This document shows, piece after piece, positions 25,423 to 32,231 of a DNA stretch of 32,231 nucleotides. Both the position numbers and the translations under genes were made by a program. Under the pieces are notes generated by a model that was given only the letters and a program-made list of their open reading frames with translations, was not told where the DNA came from and searched no databases. The stretch lies in the sequence record DRR723986_15184; one strand, 5' to 3'. Numbering within the stretch: the first letter of the stretch is position 1; each line of letters begins with the position of its first letter.

Positions 25423-26919
25423 TCAATTTTCAGCCTCTGGTATATATAGTAATTCCCCCTTTTCAAAATCATATAAAGTAAGTGATCTTAGCTCGTAATA
25501 GGCAACCCAAAAGTCACGTAAGGACTCATAAAATGCTCTTTTATTAGTGTCCTTTTCGCTCTGGGCTATATTGAGGTTAGAGATAGTTACATTACCAGTT
25601 TGGTACCTACTTAATGCAATATCATATCTTCTCTGAGCCACATCTGAAGCAACTTTGGTCACATTCAGTCGCTCCTTAATGTTGATAAAGTTTTTCACTT
25701 TTGTGAAAATGTTTTCCTGAAAATTAATTTGCTCCTGCTCAACGGTATAGTTAACTAATTCCTGATTTGCCATTGCTACGGACATTCTGGCCTTATTTCT
25801 ACCCCAATCCAAAATTGGAACTGATAGATTTAGGCTGACCAATGCCTGAGTATTAGGATTTTGGTAAAGATCCGGAAAACTGAAAGCCGCATTATTGTAC
25901 CCATACCTAGCGTTTAGTTGAACTTGAAACCGATCACCTTTAGCCTGTGCCACTTCCGCTTCTGCTTGATTCTTTTGTCTGTCAAACCCAATTACTTCTG
26001 ACCTGTTTTGAAAAGCAAGGGAAATTGCTTGCTCAACGTCTACGTCAAACTCCGGGATATCCACCGGAGATATCAGGTTCAGCTTAGAAGATTGATTTAA
26101 GCCTATAAATGCATTCATGGAAAAAGAGGCACTCTCTAATGACAATTGCGCCTCGGCCATAGCTTGTCGCGCATTCAATACCTGAAGTTCTACTTGCAGA
26201 AGTTCATCTTCTGGTGTTACGCCAAGTTTATTTCTCTTCTGTTCAATGGAATAAATGTTCTCGGTATTCTTAAGATTTGTTGTGGCGATATCATAGTTAA
26301 CCTGTGCAGTTAAATAGTCAAAATACAATTGAGTCACGAATACTGATACTTGTTCCATATCCTGTACATATTCACGCTTACTTTCTTCAAACAGTAATGG
26401 CTGAATTTTTTTATCCCATTTAAATCTGTTGTAAGCAAAAATGGGCTGCTGTAAAGCCACACTGATGGGCACGCCAGAATATCTTGTTTGTGGAGTACCT
26501 GGGTTGGAAAGGAAATTATCAAACCTATTCGTAGAGGTATTTACAGAAACTGTACCACCCGTGGCCCCAATTACCTGCTCCAAGCCCAATCCCAAGTCCA
26601 TCAAATTCTGCTTTACCTCAATAAATTCAATAGAACCATCTGGCTGTGTAATATTATTGTATTCCTGATAATATTGAGGAATAGTACCCGAAAGCCTTAA
26701 TTGAGGATTGTAATTGGATTTAAATAGTCTGTACCTCCAGTAGCTATTCTCTCGTTGGGTTTTTGCCTGAAGCGCCCGGGGAGAATTATCTTTTGCCTGC
26801 TGAACTAACTCTTGCAACGTAAAAGTTTTTACATCTTGACCACTTGCAAAATTGATAGTTGAGCCCAAAATAGTTAACAGTAAAAAGGGTTTGAAAAATA
26901 GTAAGATTCTAATCTTCAT
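25423..26919 (-). CDS. TolC family outer-membrane efflux protein
   Basis: Signal peptide; QQPIF, LSVPILDWG and RYQTG motifs; helical repeats. Confidence 0.9.
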   Translation of the reverse strand: MKIRILLFFKPFLLLTILGSTINFASGQDVKTFTLQELVQQAKDNSPRALQAKTQRENSYWRYRLFKSNYNPQLRLSGTIPQYYQEYNNITQPDGSIEFIEVKQNLMDLGLGLEQVIGATGGTVSVNTSTNRFDNFLSNPGTPQTRYSGVPISVALQQPIFAYNRFKWDKKIQPLLFEESKREYVQDMEQVSVFVTQLYFDYLTAQVNYDIATTNLKNTENIYSIEQKRNKLGVTPEDELLQVELQVLNARQAMAEAQLSLESASFSMNAFIGLNQSSKLNLISPVDIPEFDVDVEQAISLAFQNRSEVIGFDRQKNQAEAEVAQAKGDRFQVQLNARYGYNNAAFSFPDLYQNPNTQALVSLNLSVPILDWGRNKARMSVAMANQELVNYTVEQEQINFQENIFTKVKNFINIKERLNVTKVASDVAQRRYDIALSRYQTGNVTISNLNIAQSEKDTNKRAFYESLRDFWVAYYELRSLTLYDFEKGELLYIPEAEN

Positions 26920-27102
26920 AAGGGCTTTATTATTTGATTGAAAAAGGTAATCTATTCAGATCAACTAAAATAGTTATTGATTCCTCACAAACAAGAACCT
27001 TAGTGTGTCTCAAATCCTAAAAAATCTAAAAAAGCAAAACATTCTATTTCATTACCCTCCTTTTAGCCCTTTGCGTAACTTGCAGCTTGATTAGATCCAA
27101 AA

Positions 27103-27867
27103 ATGAAATCCATTATTAGTTTCGTAATTCGATACGTCCCGAGACCACTATTACAGCGGGTAAGTCCTTTAGTCATGAAAGTTTTTGCACAGATGAATTC
27201 TGGCAAAGATGTCACTTGCCCGGTATGTGATCACAGCTATAAAAAATTCTTGCCTTATGGCCGAATCGCAAGAGCAAACGCGCTATGTCCTAATTGCTTG
27301 TCTTTGGAAAGACATAGATTAATGTGGCTTTTCCTCGAGGAAAAAACAGACTTCTTTACTGCACCGCTTCGAGTACTTCATGTCGCTCCAGAGCATTGCT
27401 TTATAGAGAGATTTGAAGGGTTAGACAATTTGGATTACATCACTGCTGATATTGAATCGCCTTTGGCTAAAGTCAAAATGGATGTGCATGACATTCCATT
27501 TCCCGAAAACAGCTTTGATGTAGTCTTTTGCAACCATGTGTTGGAACATGTAGATGACGACCTTAGGGCCTGTGCTGAGTTCAATCGAGTATTGAAGCCT
27601 GGCGGGTGGGGCATCTTACAATCGCCCGTCTACCCTATCGAAAAGACTTTAGAAGACAAATCTATTACAGACCCGACCGAGAGAGAACGGATTTTTGGGC
27701 AGAGAGATCACGTTCGAAAGTTCGGAAGAGATTATGCAAAGCGCTTGAGAAAGTCTGGAATACGTATTGAGGAAAACTTATTTGTAAAGGAGCTGGCTTC
27801 AGAAGTAATCAAACAAAATGCATTACCTCCGGATGAAGTAATTTTTGTTTGTAGAAAAGGAGATTAA
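27103..27867 (+). CDS. Class I SAM-dependent methyltransferase-like protein with N-terminal CxxC pairs
   Basis: CPVC..CPNC; VLHVAPE, FDVVFCNHVLEHV and RVLKPGG motifs. Confidence 0.88.
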   Translation: MKSIISFVIRYVPRPLLQRVSPLVMKVFAQMNSGKDVTCPVCDHSYKKFLPYGRIARANALCPNCLSLERHRLMWLFLEEKTDFFTAPLRVLHVAPEHCFIERFEGLDNLDYITADIESPLAKVKMDVHDIPFPENSFDVVFCNHVLEHVDDDLRACAEFNRVLKPGGWGILQSPVYPIEKTLEDKSITDPTERERIFGQRDHVRKFGRDYAKRLRKSGIRIEENLFVKELASEVIKQNALPPDEVIFVCRKGD

Positions 27868-28826
27868 CCCTTAACCAATTTCCTAAAAACCTCAAAGGGT
27901 AAGCCAAGTCCATACGAACACAGCTGTGACATAGAGGTCAGCCAACTTAGTAGCCCAATTTTTAAAGAGTTGTATTGCGAAGAAGAAGACACTAGAACTC
28001 CAATACTCCAAACCAGAAATAGACCAACGGAAATCTGAAACAGGGTATTATTCAGAAAATAAAAAACCGGAATACTTAAACTGAAAAGCAAAAAAGCTGT
28101 GGGTAGCCAATGAACCAACTTGATGGCACCTGGATGAAATCTTGATACGTTTACCCGATTTCTTCCGAAGGAGAAAGCCTGCTTTGCAAATGAAAAAAGC
28201 GTGTTTTTACGCTTGTGATAAACGTAAGCCTCTCGAACCAATTCAAGTTTGAATCCAGCATTTTTAATACGGATACTCCATTCAATATCCTCTCCCTGAT
28301 TTGGATCTGCAAAACCGCCTGTAGCCTCAAATACAGTTTTTGACACACCCATATTAAATCCACGGGCTTGGTATTTAGATGGGTCCTTCATTTTTCCACG
28401 AATGCCGCCAGTAGTCCAAACCGAAGTCATCGCGAAATCCATTGCTTTCTGTAAATCAGAAAAATCAGCCGCAGCAGCATCGGGTCCCCCAAATGCATCA
28501 AGATTTCTATCTTGAATCGCTTTGGAAAGGTTTTGTAAATAATCTTTTGGTAATAGCACATCAGAATCCAGAATGACAAAATAATCCCCATTGGCAATTT
28601 TCATCCCGTTGTTACGTGCAAACCCTTGACCTGTGTTTGCTTGTGGTAGGTATTGAATATCTAGTTGTGAACTGAATTCATTTATAATTTCTGATGAGTC
28701 AATAGAAGATCCATCCTCAATTACGACCACTTCAAAAGCAGTAAGACTTTGCTTAGCAAGACTTAATAGTAGTTCTTTTAACTCCTCAGGTCGATTATAA
28801 ACCGGTATGATTACCGAAAACTTCAT
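27864..28826 (-). CDS. Glycosyltransferase family 2 with C-terminal TM helices
   Basis: SVIIPVYN, EDGS, ARNNG, LDSD and GEDIE motifs. Confidence 0.92.
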   Translation of the reverse strand: MKFSVIIPVYNRPEELKELLLSLAKQSLTAFEVVVIEDGSSIDSSEIINEFSSQLDIQYLPQANTGQGFARNNGMKIANGDYFVILDSDVLLPKDYLQNLSKAIQDRNLDAFGGPDAAAADFSDLQKAMDFAMTSVWTTGGIRGKMKDPSKYQARGFNMGVSKTVFEATGGFADPNQGEDIEWSIRIKNAGFKLELVREAYVYHKRKNTLFSFAKQAFSFGRNRVNVSRFHPGAIKLVHWLPTAFLLFSLSIPVFYFLNNTLFQISVGLFLVWSIGVLVSSSSQYNSLKIGLLSWLTSMSQLCSYGLGLPFEVFRKLVKG

Positions 28827-29788
28827 TAAAAGTCGAAGTTTATCTCTTCGTCAATTTTGTATTCAGCTTCTTTGGATTGATTTGAAGTCATCAGCTCAGC
28901 GATAAAGCCTGTCACAAATAATTGCACTCCAATAATCAAAGCAACCAATGCCAAAAAGAATAAAGGCTGCTCGGTAATTTCTCTCACATTATGGCCTTTA
29001 CTCAATCCGTAAACCTTTTCGAAGATCAACCAACAAGTGATTAAGAAACCTGTCAAAAATGAAAAACTACCCAATAAGCCAAAAAAATGCATAGGCTTCT
29101 TTTTGTATCTATGTACAAAAGAAACCGAGATCAAATCCAAGAATCCATTCAAGAACCGCTCAAGACCAAACTTCGAGTAGCCGTACTTTCTGGCTTGATG
29201 CTGGACTACTTTTTCCCCTATTTTCCCAAAGCCATTCCATTTGGCAAGCAAGGGAATGTATCGATGCATCTCCCCGTAGATCTGGATATTCTTAACTACT
29301 TTGCGTCGGTAGGCTTTCAGGCCACAATTAAAGTCATGCAATTTAATCCCTGAAATCCATCGGGTCACTCCATTGAAGAATCTTGATGGAATAGTTTTAC
29401 CTAATGGATCATGACGTTCCTTTTTCCATCCAGAAACTACATCAAATTTCCCTTCAGTAATCATCACATATAAGCCTGGAATTTCATCAGGGCTATCCTG
29501 AAGATCTGCATCCATAGTGATCACTACATCACCACTGGCTTTCTTAAACCCGGCATCCAATGCAGCGGATTTCCCGTAGTTTCTGGTAAAATTAATCCCT
29601 CTCACCTCATTGAATTGCTGGGAAAGCGAATTAATTATCCCCCAGGAATTATCAGTACTACCATCATTGATGAAAATCAACTCATAAGAAAAGCCGTGAT
29701 CATGCATGACACGGCTAATCCATTGAGTTAATTCAGGCAGTGACTCCTCCTCGTTAAATACAGGAACTACAACTGAAATTTGGCTCAT
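28826..29788 (-). CDS. GT2 polyprenol-phosphate glycosyltransferase (ArnC/GtrB-like)
   Basis: VVPVFNEE, NDGSTD, RNYGKSAAL, MDADLQD and DFNCGLKAY; two C-terminal TM segments. Confidence 0.92.
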   Translation of the reverse strand: MSQISVVVPVFNEEESLPELTQWISRVMHDHGFSYELIFINDGSTDNSWGIINSLSQQFNEVRGINFTRNYGKSAALDAGFKKASGDVVITMDADLQDSPDEIPGLYVMITEGKFDVVSGWKKERHDPLGKTIPSRFFNGVTRWISGIKLHDFNCGLKAYRRKVVKNIQIYGEMHRYIPLLAKWNGFGKIGEKVVQHQARKYGYSKFGLERFLNGFLDLISVSFVHRYKKKPMHFFGLLGSFSFLTGFLITCWLIFEKVYGLSKGHNVREITEQPLFFLALVALIIGVQLFVTGFIAELMTSNQSKEAEYKIDEEINFDF

Positions 29789-29791
29789 AAT

Positions 29792-30340
29792 TTAATAATC
29801 GAGAGACTTATCCTTTTTCTTAAGAATAGCTCCCAAAATTAAGGCAATAATCGCATACACAATCAGTCCAAAGCCAAAACTCATAAGCTGGCCAGACAAG
29901 GTAAATCCTTTAGAAGTGCTAGCTCTCATTTGTTCTAGCATAGCAGGATCCATAGAATCAGGGTTTTGGCCAAATTTTTCCATCATGGACATTTGAGTTT
30001 CAAAGGCCTGATCTGCTAATACGCTTGCTAAAGTAGGATCAATTACATGGAATAAGAGAATTTGACCTAACAACCCAATCAAACCTGATATCACCATGGC
30101 AATAAAACTAAAGTTAAAGGCTGTGCCAAAACTCATAAAACCGCCAATTTCAGTTCTATACTCCTTACCAAAATAAATAATTAACACAAAGAATAATACT
30201 ATGGCTACCAAACCAAACCAAGCAGATCCTAGTAGGGTTGAATCAATAAAATATGCAATGAAGGTGAGCGCTAAGCTGACTAAACCAATTGTTAGACCTG
30301 GTTTTATTGCTGCCTGAAAAGGAGACTGTTGTTCTTCCAT
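29792..30340 (-). CDS. DUF4199 family membrane protein
   Basis: Four TM segments; YR..GGFMSFG.AF and IDP motifs. Confidence 0.8.
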   Translation of the reverse strand: MEEQQSPFQAAIKPGLTIGLVSLALTFIAYFIDSTLLGSAWFGLVAIVLFFVLIIYFGKEYRTEIGGFMSFGTAFNFSFIAMVISGLIGLLGQILLFHVIDPTLASVLADQAFETQMSMMEKFGQNPDSMDPAMLEQMRASTSKGFTLSGQLMSFGFGLIVYAIIALILGAILKKKDKSLDY

Positions 30341-30347
30341 GAGTTCG

Positions 30348-30860
30348 TTAGTTAGGATTTTTCCTTAAAATAATAGATATAATAATAGTAAAAAACAGTC
30401 CTGGGATGATTTTCCATAGCGCATCATTCAGTGCGATATCCCAAGGCACCATATTTCGAATACTTTCAAGGGTTAAGTTAAACGAATTTTCTCCCACCTG
30501 AGCTACTATGGATTCTTTACTACCGGACAATACTTCAAGTTTTGATTCTTTGATTTGCTCAAACAATGTAGTATGTAGCAAAAGTACCAACCAAATTCCC
30601 ACAAGAGACACCATTGCTTCTAACATATAAGCTACGAACCCCACAGACATTCCTTCGGCAAAGGATAAATAACCATTATTACTGTATTCCTTAAAAAACT
30701 TAATTGCTAAAAAGATAGCAACAGGAGTAATCACATAACCAAACACGAGATTTAAGTTAGTAGGATCTGGGTACAAAAATGAAAGGGAGATGAATGCTAG
30801 AACACTAAAAGCACCTGCTATTCCACCAAATTTGTAAGCTGAGCTAAAGTACTTATACAT
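30348..30860 (-). CDS. DUF4199 family membrane protein (second paralogue)
   Basis: Four TM segments; FK..NNGYLSFAEGM.VG; ends ILRK. Confidence 0.8.
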   Translation of the reverse strand: MYKYFSSAYKFGGIAGAFSVLAFISLSFLYPDPTNLNLVFGYVITPVAIFLAIKFFKEYSNNGYLSFAEGMSVGFVAYMLEAMVSLVGIWLVLLLHTTLFEQIKESKLEVLSGSKESIVAQVGENSFNLTLESIRNMVPWDIALNDALWKIIPGLFFTIIISIILRKNPN

Positions 30861-32097
30861 CAGCTTGTACTAATTGTCCTTTTTGAATCACGTATTTCAC
30901 CTGACCTTTAAGTTTTTTCCCATACCAAGGTGAATTAGATGAAAGAGATTTGTTTGACTTATCATCAAAATCCCATTTTGCTTCTGGATCAAATATGGTC
31001 CATGATTTACAAAGTTTGTGAGGCAATATAGCCTTTGGACCGGAAGTGATTTTCTCAATAAGTAGTGGCCATCCAAGCTCATTTTCAAGTTTCACCAGGG
31101 CTGGAAGAAAAGTCTGCAAACCTGCCATACCAAAATTAGCCAAATCAAATTCCATGAATTTAGAATCACGGTCTTCCGGTTGATGGTTACTTACAAGAGC
31201 ATCTATAGTTCCATCTTTCAGACCTTCCATCAAAGCATCTCTATCTAAATTACCTCTAAAAGGCGGCAACACTTTAAGATTGGGATCAAAATCCATCAAG
31301 TCTCCATCCGAAAACAATAATTGATATATAGATATGTCAGCGGTAACATTCAGCCCTTCAGCTTTTGCTCCCCTTATAAGGTTAACCCCTTTTGCAGTGT
31401 TTACAGTTTGAAAATGAACTCGACCGCCAGTATAGCGGATAATCTCAAGATTTCTCTGAATGGCTACATCTTCAGCAAGATTTGGAATTCCTTTTACACC
31501 AAGCATGGTAGAATTTTCCCCCTCATGCATGTGGCCAAAGATTGCTAATAAAGGATCATAAGCATGATCAAAAAGGACTCCATTGAACTTTTGGAGATAT
31601 TGGAGAATTTTCATGTAGCGATCTCCATTTGCTAATGGCTTATTGCCTTCACCAAAAATAGATACTCCAGATTGGTGATGCATATCGAGTATTTCTGTCA
31701 AATTCTCTCCATCCGTATCCTTAGTGACTGCACCTTGTATTAGAAATTCGGGGGTATACTTTTTCGATCTGTTAAGGACAAAATCTACATCTCCCTTAGA
31801 TTGAATTACCGGATCGGTATTAGGAAGTATAACAGCAGCTGAGAAACCACTAGATACTAATGATTCAGCCAAACTTTCAATAGACTCCTTATACTCATAA
31901 CCGGGTTCTCCCATACTACATCGGAGATCTATCCATCCTTCTGACAATAGCCAATTAGAGGAATCAATTTCTTGATCAAATTTGAAAGAATTGCTAGAAG
32001 TAGCAAGAGTTAATTCTCCATTATCAAAAACATAATCCTTGGATTCATTTAAACCATTAGAATTAACAAGACGGAGACCTTTAAATAGAATAGACAT
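30853..32097 (-). CDS. Dihydroorotase-like protein, probably catalytically inactive (PyrC'-like)
   Basis: GEPG.EYKE, PNTDP, KVLPP.R and DGTID present, but several metal and catalytic residues are substituted. Confidence 0.85.
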   Translation of the reverse strand: MSILFKGLRLVNSNGLNESKDYVFDNGELTLATSSNSFKFDQEIDSSNWLLSEGWIDLRCSMGEPGYEYKESIESLAESLVSSGFSAAVILPNTDPVIQSKGDVDFVLNRSKKYTPEFLIQGAVTKDTDGENLTEILDMHHQSGVSIFGEGNKPLANGDRYMKILQYLQKFNGVLFDHAYDPLLAIFGHMHEGENSTMLGVKGIPNLAEDVAIQRNLEIIRYTGGRVHFQTVNTAKGVNLIRGAKAEGLNVTADISIYQLLFSDGDLMDFDPNLKVLPPFRGNLDRDALMEGLKDGTIDALVSNHQPEDRDSKFMEFDLANFGMAGLQTFLPALVKLENELGWPLLIEKITSGPKAILPHKLCKSWTIFDPEAKWDFDDKSNKSLSSNSPWYGKKLKGQVKYVIQKGQLVQADV

Positions 32098-32206
32098 TCA
32101 AATTGGGCTTTGATGCAAAACTGCAACAATATTCTAAAAATGAAAAGTGGATTTTAAAATACTATAATAAAAGTGAGAGTCTAAAAATCCAAAAACCTGT
32201 TAACGC

Positions 32207-32231
32207 AAAAAAGCCAGCTGTTTAAAGCTGG
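32207..32231 (-). terminator. Probable terminator, truncated by the window edge
   Basis: A6-GCCAGCT-GTTTAA-AGCTGG... Confidence 0.55.

Noticed and set aside
1..32231. Prophage, IS, integron, defence system, tRNA or rRNA
   Set aside because: No integrase, transposase, nuclease, RT or structural RNA signature seen; gene content is core-like.

Overview
AT-rich chromosomal window from a Bacteroidota bacterium, most likely Cyclobacteriaceae/Algoriphagus-like. This is inferred from the rpmB-rpmG-DUF4295-ftsY gene order, TAnnTTTG promoters, generally absent Shine-Dalgarno motifs and Gln at +1 after signal peptides. It is mostly housekeeping: truA, hemE, hemB, dnaK, a stand-alone groES paralogue, amt plus porin, rocD, rpmB/rpmG/bL38, ftsY, an SPFH-RHH operon, TolC, a pyrC-like/DUF4199/GT2 cluster and an ECF sigma module. 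I saw no transposase, integrase, phage genes, CRISPR array, tRNA or rRNA. Two real small genes are missing from the ORF track (DUF5522 and bL38/DUF4295). The most unusual signals are non-coding: an inverted composite repeat bracketing the MOSC gene, a REP/REPIN-like doublet at the window start, sigma54-like boxes with clustered TGNCA sites before dnaK, a candidate RHH operator and probable leaderless transcripts. I cannot demonstrate a wholly new system from sequence alone; all family assignments are from recall, not searches.
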